A stretch of DNA of 64,000 bases from Spirochaetia bacterium (GTDB taxonomy: Bacteria > Spirochaetota > Spirochaetia > SZUA-6 > Bin103). Position numbers and translations under genes: made by a program. The stretch lies in assembly GCA_965198005.1 (NCBI GenBank), contig CBDAOI010000002.1, positions 768,001 to 832,000 on the forward strand, read 5' to 3'. The notes under the pieces are model-generated. The model was not told the DNA's origin. It saw only the letters and a list, made by a program, of their open reading frames with translations, and made no database searches. This document shows positions 1-9,351 of this stretch, in pieces; position 1 is the stretch's first letter; every line of letters starts with the position of its first letter.

Positions 1-492
1 CTCGAATATCTGGTGCATGAAATAGGCCAGCAGGTTGAGTAGGAAGAACGCCTCCGACAGGTACTTGTCACCGTGGCCGAAGTTGTGCTCCAGGTGATAG
101 CCCTGGTTCTTCAGCGTATTGAACCCCTCGTTCTCGATCTTCCAGCGTGCCCGTCCCGCACGCACGATCCGCGCTACGCTGTCCGCGGTGGGCACCAAGT
201 CGGTCACCCAGGCGTTTTGATAGGTGGTCGTGCCGGCCCGTACGATGCGGTAGTGCACGAAGTTGATCTGGGGACTGCGGGGGTTGCCGTTCAGCGGCAC
301 CCCGGTAACCCACTCGTATTCATGCCGGTCCCCGGTCGCGTCGATCGTGCAGTGGTGGTCCAGCAGCCGACCGCGGCGCAGCCCTTCGATATCCTGGTAC
401 AGGCTGGTGTGACCCTCCGGCTTGGCCACCAGCAGAAACGAGAAGCGGGCGGCGCGCACCTGTTCGATGAACGGTTGCTTGGAGTACAGACT
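1..492 (-). pseudogene. ISNCY transposase, C-terminal part (interrupted; runs off window)
   Basis: Minus frame reads SLYSKQPFIE...RAGRARWKIENEGFNTLKNQGYHLEHNFGHG...LLNLLAYFMHQIFE and joins in frame to ...VIVADSL once 493-3237 and one TSD copy are removed. Confidence 0.9.
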
Positions 493-653
493 CAGACTTC
501 CTGACATGGTGCGCTGACCGGCTCCCGCGTTAGTCGCTGGAACGCTCCAATAACCCGGTTTTCGGGCATTTCTGCTCTCCGATACAGTCTTTTCGCTTGA
601 CATACCATGGTTCAATAGGGCCATATATGATGATACATGTTTGGAGCACTCCC

Positions 654-3223
654 ATGATCCTCTCCCTCCCGTTCTCCCTTCCCGACGCCACCCCGATCGG
701 CGACCAGCACGCCATGCAGACCCGTGCCGGCATCACCTACTACTTCTACAACCTCGAACCCTACGACTGCCACCCGGCCGGCGACCGCCGCGCCATGCTG
801 CTGCGCGCCGCCAAGCTGCAGGTCGTCTCCGGGGTCCGCCAACGCGACCTCATGCGTGCCTTCCAGGTCTCGCGACCGACCGTGGCGCGAGCAGTCAGAC
901 GCTATCGGGAGCACGGCGAAGACGCGTTTTACGGGCCGCTACGGAGGCGCGGGCGCACCGTCGTCGACGCCCAGATGGCCGACCAGGCCGCCAAACTGCT
1001 CGCCTCCGGGATGAGCGGCAACGCGTGTGCACGGCACCTCGGCATCGCGGCGACCACTTTCAAAGCGAACCGCCGCGCCGGCGTCATCGTCGAGCCCGCG
1101 CGGACGCACACCGGGAGCGTGGACGCTCCGCAAACGCACCAAGCTCCGGTCGCCGATCACGCCCCCAGCGTGGACGCTCCGCAGACACATCAAGCTCCGG
1201 TCGCCGATCACGCCCCCAGCGTGGACGCTCCGCAGACACATCAAGCTCCGTCCGCCGATCACGCCCCCAGCGTGGACGCTCCGCAGACACATCAAGCTCC
1301 GTCCGCCGATCACGCCCCCAGCGTGGACGTTCCGCAGTTCCGCAGACACATCAGGCTCCGTCCGCCGATCACGCCCCCAGCGTGGACGTTCCGCAGACAC
1401 ATCAAGCTCCGTCCGCCGATCACGCCTCCAGCGTGGACGCTCCGCAGACACACCAAGCTCCGCCCACCGATCGCGCCACCCGCGACGCCCGCGACAAGCA
1501 CGCGCCCATGGGCCGCGCGGCGCGCGACGTCGAGGGCCGCACGCTCGCCAGCGCCGGCTTGCTGACCGAGGCCACGCCGGTGTTCGCCGAGCCAGCCAAC
1601 GCCGTCGCCTACGGCGGCGTCCTCGCGGCACTGCCGATGCTGCTCCGCGAGGGCCTGCTCGGCGCCGCCAACCGCCTGTTCCGCCTGCCCGCCGGATTCT
1701 ATGGCCTGACCACCATCCTGCTGTTCGTCGCCTGCATGACCCTGGCCCGAGTACGCAACCCCGAGAGCCTGCGCTACCAGGCGCCTGGCGAGTGGGGCGC
1801 GATCCTCGGCCTCGACCGCGGCCCCGAGACCAAGACCCTCCGCCGCAAGCTCAGGCTGCTCACCAGCGCCGAGCACACCGTGCGCGATTGGCAATCGGCA
1901 CTGGCTCGTACCTGGGCCACCGAGCACCAGGACGACTGGGCGACGCTGGCCGTCGACGGCCACGTGAAGGTATACACCGGGCGCAACGGTCGGCTGCCGA
2001 AACACTTCGTCGCGCGCCAGAAGCTGTGTTTGCCGGCGTCCGTGAGCTACTGGATCAACGCCCTGGGTGGCACGCCCCTGCTGTGCCTGCACAAGGCGCT
2101 CGACCCGAAGTTGGTCAAGGCGCTCGAACAGGACGTGGTGCCGCACCTGCTGCAACTGGGGGTGGTGCCGGAAGTGGCCCCCGACCTGACCCAGCCGGAG
2201 GCCGGCGCGCCGGCGCTCACCCTGGTGTTCGACCGCGAGGGCTGGAGCCCAGACCTGTTCAAGCGGCTGGCCCGGCGCGGCATCGCCTGCATCACCTGGC
2301 ACAAGAACTTCACGGGCGAGGACTGGCCGGAGGAGGACTTCCACCCGCTCGAGGTACCGATCCACGCGCCCGCTGGAACCAGTGCCACCACCGTTGACCT
2401 CGCCGAGAAACCGATAGTACTGCGCAACGGGCTCACGGTCCGCCAGATCCGGCGCCGGCTCGCCACCGGTCGCCAAGTGCCAGTGATCACCACCCACCCG
2501 CAGATGCCCTTGGAGCAGGTCGCCGGCGCCATGTTCTCGCGCTGGTCGCAGGAGAACTTCTTCAAGTACCTGCGCGAGCAGTTCAACCTCGACTCCCTGC
2601 CCACCCATGACCTTGATCCGATTGACCCCGACGCACAGGTCGTGAACCCCGTGCGCCGCGCCCTCGAAAAGACCATCAGGCAGGTACGCAGCCGCTTGTC
2701 AGCGGCCCGCAATCGCCTCGCCGTGGCACTGAAGGAACCCAACCGGGACACCGCCACCCGCCTTGAAGCTGACGCCCAGGCGCTGGACGAACGACTCGAT
2801 GCACTCAGGCAGGAGCGGGCCGACACCCCGACCCATGTCCGCGCCGGCGACCTCTCGGAGCAGGACCGGCTGGACGCCCTGCCGGTTGGCGGGCGCCTGT
2901 TCATGGACGTGGTGCGGATGATCGCCTATCGCGCGGAGACCCGCATGATGGCGCCCGTGATCAGCGCCCAGGGCAAGAAACCGAATGCCCGCAGGCTGCT
3001 GCGCGCGTTGCTGACCTCCGACGCCAACATCATCCCGGAGCCTGCCAAGGGGATTCTGCGGATCCAGCTTCTCGGCCTCGGCAGCGACGCTTGCGACCGC
3101 ATGCTCGCTCCCCTGGTCGAGGAACTCAACGGAACCAACACGATCTATCCCGGCACCGAACTCAGGCTCGTCTACCAGTTGGCCGGTAATCCGCCGCCAG
3201 AAGTGTCACCTGATTCCGCCTGA
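654..3223 (+). pseudogene. Transposase (N-terminal HTH, repeat linker, DDE core; Transposase_29-like), frameshifted at about 1330-1345
   Basis: HTH in frame 597..1565 (QRDLMRAFQVSRPTVARAVRRY). Catalytic part in frame 641..3223 (AVDGH, VFDREGWS, FSRWSQENFFKY). The frames are linked by the 8-bp duplication TTCCGCAG. SD GGAG precedes ATG 654. Confidence 0.85.
1116..1475 (+). repeat. 51-bp tandem repeat, about 7 units (SVDAPQTHQAP[V/S]ADHAP)
   Basis: Units start at 1116, 1167, 1218, 1269, 1320 (59 bp, carries the 8-bp duplication), 1379 and 1430. Confidence 0.95.
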
Positions 3224-3237
3224 GGTCAGGAAGTCTG

Positions 3238-3929
3238 AGACTATCGGCGACGATCACCGCAGCCAGCCGGGGATGGTCGTTACGGATGCGCTGCACGGCA
3301 CGGTAGCCGGCTTTTATTTCACAGTCCTGCTTGCGGCGTTTGGCGCTCTTGGCGCCAGAGTCATCGGCGTTGTGAATGAACCCGGGAGCCAACGGCAGCA
3401 CCTGCCGCTTGTCGGGGTGGACGATGGCGGTCTGCAGGATGTCGTGGTGGTAGCGTACGGTGCCGTTCTTGGTGGCGGTCAGACAGCACTCACAGTTCAC
3501 CTTGTACGAGCTGAAGTACTGGGAGCCGTCCATGGTGATGAGGTAGCGACCGTCGAGGAACTGATAGTGCTGCAGCCATTTGGCGTCCTGCATGCGCCCT
3601 ATCCAGTCGCCGAAGCAGCCGAGCAGCGGTTCATAGTCATGGCTGTCGAGCAGATCGCGGAACTGGGAGTCGGCAGGGATCCGAGCGACGCCAAACGTAG
3701 AGTTGAGGTTGTTGGTGCGCAGTTCGTCCTGGAAGCGGCGTTGGAACTCCAGCACGGAAGGGTCTTGAAGGTAGAACAAGGCGAAACCACACACGTAGCA
3801 ATCCTGTAGGGAGTACCGGACCTTGCTGGCTTGGCGGGTATCGACGACCTTGGCGGCGTGCAGGTTCAAGGAGACCAGGAGCGCACGAAAACGAAGTAAT
3901 AATGGACCTCTGCGGCGACCTCGTGCCAT
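3238..3929 (-). pseudogene. ISNCY transposase, N-terminal part
   Basis: VVDTRQASKVRYSLQD, F..QDPS.LEFQR, ITMDGSQYFSS.KVNC..C, KQDCEIKA, VIVADSL. Confidence 0.9.
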
Positions 3930-3973
3930 AGGAGACAGCATGACCACCCTGGGATCGAGTGTCCAGACGCTAG

Positions 3974-5838
3974 GAGTCTGTCGGAGTCATGATCGCGGGG
4001 TTATGAAGTGAGCGAGCCCAAGGGAACGCCGTAGGCGGCCGCCTGGCTCGCCAGCGCTTGGTTGCGCTCAGTCGAGTGGTCAAGACAGGCCCTCCGGGAG
4101 GGATTGAGGCCCTTCGGGAGGGATCGTGACGCCAGCAACACCCTCCAAGGTGGCTCCGGCGCCCGTTCCGGCGCCACAGCTCGACCATCGGGACCCACTG
4201 ACCCCACTTATCCTCCTGCCAGAGCATACATCCGCTTCAGATTCCACGCCGTGCACACCAGACTCCATTCTCCCTCGGCGCCGCGTAACCCGCGCAGATG
4301 AAAGCGGCGGAATCCCAGCACCTCCTTGATCACCCCGAACACCGTCTCCACCGTGGACTTCCGCTTGCTATAGATCGCCTTCCCCTCAGCCGTCTGCAAA
4401 CGATGCAGCATCGCCGTCACCGCATCCGCATCGGCAGGACACTCCGGGGGTGCTTTCAGACGGTCTTCCAGCCGCCGGTTGTGGCGTTCCCGGCTCCCCG
4501 CGATATACGGCTCGATGTCCTGTTCCACGCACCGCTCCACGTTCTCTTTGCTGTGGTACCCGGCATCCGCCACCAGCGCCTCCGGCTTGCCCAGCTCGTC
4601 TGCCACCTTTCCCAACTCGTTCAGCGCCGGCGCCACTTCCTGCTTGTCGTTGGCCGCTTGGCTGACGTGGTTGCCCACCACCATGTGACTGTCCTGCTCC
4701 ACCACCGCTTGCGCGTTGTAGCCCTGTATGAACGCCCCGTTCGCGCCCGGCATGATCCGTGATTCTTCATCCGTGAAGTTCACTTGGTCTTTGTCTTTCG
4801 GTCCTGCTTCAGGCTCCTTCGGCGGTCTCCCTCCCAGCTTCTTGCCGGTCTCCGCTTCCCGTTCCTGCCGTCGCTTCAGCTTCGCTTCGTACTCCGCTTG
4901 CTCCGCCGCATGCCGCTCCTGCGCCCGCTCCTTGATCTTCTCCTGCGCTTCCCGAATCGCTGCCAGCCGCTCCTCCCGACGCTGTAATTCTTCCGGAATG
5001 TCCAGCTCCTGCTGTTCCTGCTCCCCCTCCGCGTCCGCTCGCTCCGCCAGCTCCAGCAGCTTCTCTACCTCCCCCTCCAACTGCCGCTCCAGCTTCGTAG
5101 CATGCCCCCAGCTCATCGCTTTGTGCTTGCTCGCGTTCCCCTGCACCTTCGTCCCATCCAGGCTCACCCGCCCCATCCGCAGCGTCCCCAGCGTCTTCGC
5201 CAGCACCAGAATCTGCTTGAACAGCCCTTGTAACTCCGCCAGAAATCGCTTGCGAAAATTCGCTATCGTATCATGGTCCGGATGCTCACTTCCGGTGATG
5301 TAGCGAAACGCCACCGAATCGTACGTCGCCTGCTCCAGCTTGCGACTGGAAAACACCCCGGTAGCGTAGCCATAAAACAACAGCGCCACCAGCATGGCCG
5401 GATGATACGCCTGCTTGCCGCCGCTACCTCCATACTGGCTCGTTATTTCACCGAGCTCCAGTTGCTCCACTATTTCCACTACAAAGCGCGCCATGTGCTG
5501 CTCCGGTAGCCACTCTTGAATGGACGCCGGCAGCAGCATCGGCGTGTCTCGATCAAGCGCACGAAAATCCTCGGCCATGAACACCTCGTGTGCAGAGTAT
5601 GTGCCTGTAACACTAACCGAAATCAAAAACCATGTCCAGCCATCACCACAACAGTGCCAGCAGGCCACTCCGGGTCCGCGATGGGCACTCTCGACTGATC
5701 CCTGTGGCTATTCCTTCTGATCAAGGGACGGCACAACCCAACGATCCGTGACAGCATGAAATTCACACAGCCGCTACTCGCTCTGGAGACCGCTGCCGTT
5801 CTCCTCCGCCTGCCCCGTACGGTCAATCCGACAGACTC
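3974..5838 (-). mobile_element. IS1182-family insertion sequence
   Basis: 12-bp IR GAGTCTGTCGGA (3974-3985) / TCCGACAGACTC (5827-5838), flanked by CTAG at 3970-3973 and 5839-5842. Confidence 0.9.
4208..5578 (-). CDS. IS1182-family transposase
   Basis: LLPASIQEWLPE.H, YHPAML..LLFYGY..GVFSSRKLE, PDHDTIANFR, LDGTK, TDEESRIM, GYNAQ, ADAGY, YSKRK.TVETVFG. SD GAGGT precedes ATG 5578. Confidence 0.95.
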   Translation of the reverse strand: MAEDFRALDRDTPMLLPASIQEWLPEQHMARFVVEIVEQLELGEITSQYGGSGGKQAYHPAMLVALLFYGYATGVFSSRKLEQATYDSVAFRYITGSEHPDHDTIANFRKRFLAELQGLFKQILVLAKTLGTLRMGRVSLDGTKVQGNASKHKAMSWGHATKLERQLEGEVEKLLELAERADAEGEQEQQELDIPEELQRREERLAAIREAQEKIKERAQERHAAEQAEYEAKLKRRQEREAETGKKLGGRPPKEPEAGPKDKDQVNFTDEESRIMPGANGAFIQGYNAQAVVEQDSHMVVGNHVSQAANDKQEVAPALNELGKVADELGKPEALVADAGYHSKENVERCVEQDIEPYIAGSRERHNRRLEDRLKAPPECPADADAVTAMLHRLQTAEGKAIYSKRKSTVETVFGVIKEVLGFRRFHLRGLRGAEGEWSLVCTAWNLKRMYALAGG

Positions 5839-6069
5839 CTAGGCAACTTATTACATACTCATGACCTATACGACCACTTACGTGCCGTCCCGCCCGCCAT
5901 TGCCCCCTGCGCCGACCCTCTCAATTTTTGTTCACCGAGAATTGCCGTTCGGTGGCATTCGGCGGCTTCGGCAGCGCGGCGCCGGGACCGGTCGTCACGG
6001 ATCACCGTGCCCATGAGAACGCTGTCTGCCACGCGCGCGGCACGCGGTCAAGCGCCGCCCCCGTGTCGG

Positions 6070-7200
6070 TCAGCTGCGCGACGAGCGCGCCCGCACCGCT
6101 CGCCTGAGCGCCTTGCCGCCCTGGGCACCCATGCGTCCCACCCCGCCGCGCAGGCGGGGGTCCAGCAGGTCGCGGACCGCGTCGCCGAACATGTTGAAGC
6201 TGTACACCACGATGGTCAGGAAGATGCCGGGCCACATGGCCAGCCACGGCGCCTGCTGCATGTAATTGCGGCCCTCGCGGCTCAGGAGGCCGCCCCAGCT
6301 GGGAACGCTCAGCGGCAACCCGAAGCCCAGAAAGCTCAGCGAGGCCTCGGTGATGATGACCGCGCCGATGGTGATGCTGTAGATGACGATGATGGGCGCC
6401 AGCACGTTCGGCAGCACGTGGCGCAGCACCGTGCGCCAGGGCGGGCTGCCTACCGCCTGCGCCGCCTGGAAGTAGGCGTTCTCCTTCACCCCGATCACCG
6501 CCCCCCGGATCACGCGCGAGCTGCCGATGCCGTAGGCCAGGCCCAGCACGCGCCCCGTATGATCGGTTCCCAGCAGATGCTCGGCCGAGGAGCCCTGCAG
6601 CCTTCGGGTAACGTCCTGCCGCTGCTCGGGGTCCGGTGCCAGCACGTCGGCGAAGACGCTCACCAGCACGAACAGCACGATGATGACGGCGCCACCCACC
6701 AGGATGGGCAACTGCAGACCGATCAGCGTAACCACCGGAATCAGGACGTTCTTGACCGCGTGCCGCACCACCACCACCCGCTCCTTCAGACCCTTGGACC
6801 ACGCCGTCCGGATGTAGTCCTGCCGCAGCACCTCCAGCATCATCGTGCGCGTCATCCGCATGGTAGCCGCCGCCAGGTAGGTCCCCAGAATCAGACTCGG
6901 AATCAGGAACATGCCGAGATTCCCCAGCGGGTCTTCGCTGAACGTGATCAGCCGCATCGGCGGCGACCAGCCCCACCAGATGGCCGGGTAGATCATCACC
7001 ATCAGGGCCAGCCAGAAGTTGGGCGTTGCCAGGCCCAGGATGGCGATGGAGCGGCCGGCGTAGTCGACCGCCGTATCCTGGCGAATCGCCGAGTAGATGC
7101 CGACCGGCAGGGCGATCGACAGCTCGGCCAGCTTGATAACAACCGTGTATCGGTCGGTGGCCGTTACCGACTCGCCAGGTGGCCGCGCATACGTAAAGGG
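6070..7200 (-). pseudogene. Collapsed in-frame chimera of peptide ABC SBP + DppB-like + DppC-like permeases
   Basis: One open frame: ESVTATDRYTVVIKLAE (SBP), LSIALPVGIYSAIRQD...LVGGAVII (DppB), VLFVLVSVFAD...GTDHTGR, deletion, VLGL...LLDPRLRGG (DppC). Confidence 0.85.
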
Positions 7201-7249
7201 TCACCGTGCATCCGGCGTGATACTGGGTGCGGAACGCACGCGCACTCTC

Positions 7250-8182
7250 TCAAACCGACGTGGCGCCGCTGCCAGCGAGAACCCCACCACCACCCCGCAA
7301 CCTTGGATCGAGCAGGTCCCTCACCGCGTCACCGAACATGTTCAGACTGTAGACTGTAATCGTCAGGCAAAGACCAGGCCACAGAGCCAGCCATGGCGCC
7401 GCCTCCATATACTTACGCCCTTCTCGGCTGAGCATACCTCCCCAGCTAGGAAAGTCGACTGGCAAACCGAATCCGAGGAAGCTTAGGGAAGCCTCAGAAA
7501 TAATCACCCCCCCGATGTTGATGCTAAATATGATAATTACGGGAGCCGCAACATTGGGCAGGACATGTCGGATAAAAGTTCTCCATTTTGAGCTGCCAAT
7601 CGCCGCCGCTGCCTGAAAATAGACTTTCTCTTTGACGCCAATAACGGCGCCTCTGACTACTCTTGAGCTGCCGATGCCTCCTGATATCCCCAGGACCAGT
7701 ATTATCTGTGGCAGACCTCGCCCCGCTATGGACATTATCGTTAACAACAGGAGCAGGGCGGGGAAAGCCATCCAGGCATCGACGAATCTCTGCACAGTCA
7801 GGTCCAATTTACCGCCAAAGAATCCTGAAATACCGCCTATCAGGACAGCGATGACAACATTGAGAGCGGTCGCCGCCAAACCGACAGCCAACGAAAGACG
7901 AGCCCCGTGGATAAGGCGGCTCAACAAGTCTCGCCCCACGTAGTCGGTCCCCAGGAGATACCGGGCTGATGAGCCCTGCATCCTGTCTGCCAGGTGTATT
8001 TCCATGTAACGATAAGGAGCCAGAGCATCGGCGAAGATAACCACAAGAATCAATATCAATATCATAATCCCGCTGATTATACCTAGTGGTTTCTCCCTCC
8101 ACAGCCTGATAAAGAAATCAGCCAGCTTGGTACGTCTCTTTGGCTCACCTGCTTGTGACGGTATCCCTGTGACATTACCCAT
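7250..8182 (-). CDS. Peptide/nickel ABC transporter permease (DppC/OppC-like)
   Basis: LLGTDYVGRDLLSRLI.G, EAA loop, HVLPN, EASLSFLGFG, NMFGDAVRDLLDPR. Confidence 0.95.
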   Translation of the reverse strand: MGNVTGIPSQAGEPKRRTKLADFFIRLWREKPLGIISGIMILILILVVIFADALAPYRYMEIHLADRMQGSSARYLLGTDYVGRDLLSRLIHGARLSLAVGLAATALNVVIAVLIGGISGFFGGKLDLTVQRFVDAWMAFPALLLLLTIMSIAGRGLPQIILVLGISGGIGSSRVVRGAVIGVKEKVYFQAAAAIGSSKWRTFIRHVLPNVAAPVIIIFSINIGGVIISEASLSFLGFGLPVDFPSWGGMLSREGRKYMEAAPWLALWPGLCLTITVYSLNMFGDAVRDLLDPRLRGGGGVLAGSGATSV

Positions 8183-8200
8183 ACTCGTGGTTTTTCCCCT

Positions 8201-9157
8201 TTATCTGTAACGGATCGTGGGGTCCAAAAAAGGATAAATCAGGTCGATCATTAGATTGATCCCCATAACCGTGGCGCCGAAGAACAGGTTTATTCCGGAG
8301 ACCACCGGGTAGTCTCTGTTTTCGAGTGCAGTCAGCAGGAGACGACCTATCCCCGGCAGGTTAAATATGTTCTCCATGATCACTGAGCCACCCACCAGAA
8401 TCGGCAGCTGCAGGCCGATCAGGGTCACCACCGGGATGAGCGCATTTTTGACGGCGTGTCTCACAATAACTACCCTCTCCTTGAGACCCTTGGACCAGGC
8501 CGTCCTGATGTAGTCCTGCCGGAGCACCTCCAGCATCATGGTGCGCGTCAACCGCATTGCGCCTGCAGCCGAGGCCGTCCCCAAAATCAGGCTGGGAACG
8601 AGGAACATGCCGAGATTGCTCAGCGGGTCTTCCTGAAAAGGAACCAGCTCCATCGCTGGCGACCAGCCCCACCAGATGGCGGGGTAGATCATGACCATAA
8701 TGCCCAGCCAGAAGTTGGGTGTGGCCAGGCCGATGATGGCAATAGAGCGCCCCGCGTAGTCAGCGGCAGTATCCTGGCGAATCGCCGAGTAGATGCCGAC
8801 GGGCAGGGCTATTACCAGGCCGAGAACGATTGCCATGACACCAAGCTCAACGGTTACTGGCAATCTTTCTAGTATCCTCTCCTCTATCGTATAACCGCCA
8901 ACCAGTGATTCGCCAAGGGTGCCGCGCAGGAAAATATCTCCTAACCAGCGTCCATACTGTACGTAAACAGGCAGGTCTAATCCCAGCCTACGCTCAACAG
9001 CTTCACGGTCAATCCGGCCGGTCGAAGTATCCATCCTCAGCACCATTGCGTCTATTACATCGCCGGGGATGAAGCGGACCCCGAGAAAGACGAGGATGGT
9101 CAAGATAAACAGGGTGGGGATTATCAGCAACAATCGCCTGATGAGATAGACTCTCAC
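8201..9157 (-). CDS. Peptide/nickel ABC transporter permease (DppB/OppB-like)
   Basis: YLIRRLL, LGLDLP..VQY, RLPVTVEL, DYIRTAWSKGL, IFNLPGIG, RDYPVV, LDP.IRY. Confidence 0.95.
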   Translation of the reverse strand: MRVYLIRRLLLIIPTLFILTILVFLGVRFIPGDVIDAMVLRMDTSTGRIDREAVERRLGLDLPVYVQYGRWLGDIFLRGTLGESLVGGYTIEERILERLPVTVELGVMAIVLGLVIALPVGIYSAIRQDTAADYAGRSIAIIGLATPNFWLGIMVMIYPAIWWGWSPAMELVPFQEDPLSNLGMFLVPSLILGTASAAGAMRLTRTMMLEVLRQDYIRTAWSKGLKERVVIVRHAVKNALIPVVTLIGLQLPILVGGSVIMENIFNLPGIGRLLLTALENRDYPVVSGINLFFGATVMGINLMIDLIYPFLDPTIRYR

Positions 9158-9183
9158 GGGGACACCTTATTCATTGAGTGAGG

Positions 9184-9229
9184 GCTCGGAAGCGCGATCA
9201 GAAGTGGCGCTCCGAACGCGCTACCGAGC
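9184..9229. terminator. Stem-loop between the SBP and permease genes (mRNA-stabilising or attenuating hairpin)
   Basis: GCTCGGAAGCGCG ... CGCGCTACCGAGC, a 13-bp IR with 1 mismatch. No U-tract seen. Confidence 0.4.
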
Positions 9230-9326
9230 GTGCTTCCAGCCCCATTCTCACGTAGTCAGGAGGGGCGAAGCGCCCCAAAACCGTCGCCCGGGTCGACGCT
9301 TTTGGCCCATCCCGTCCGATCACTAG

Positions 9327-9351
9327 GAGTCTGTCGCAATCCGACAGACTC
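9327..9351. mobile_element. 25-bp fused-ends remnant of the IS1182-like element
   Basis: CTAG-GAGTCTGTCG-CAATCCGACAGACTC-CTAG. The left 10 bp equal 3974-3983 and the right 15 bp equal 5824-5838. Confidence 0.85.

Larger units (their letters stand above)
493..3237 (+). mobile_element. Insertion sequence (2745 bp) with large DDE transposase
   Basis: Perfect 13-bp terminal IR CAGACTTCCTGAC (493-505) / GTCAGGAAGTCTG (3225-3237); 5-bp direct repeat AGACT at 488-492 and 3238-3242. Confidence 0.93.
1..5947 (-). mobile_element. ISNCY-family IS (outer element of a nest; far end lies outside the window)
   Basis: Split DDE transposase at 3929-3238 and 492-1. Putative upstream terminus GTTCACCGAGAATTGCCG at 5930-5947; the terminus assignment is inference, supported by near-identical copies at 11436 and 11624. 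Confidence 0.7.

Noticed and set aside
1116..1475. 51-bp repeats as a CRISPR array
   Set aside because: Units are contiguous with no unique spacers, are a multiple of 3, lie inside a transposase, and no cas genes are present.
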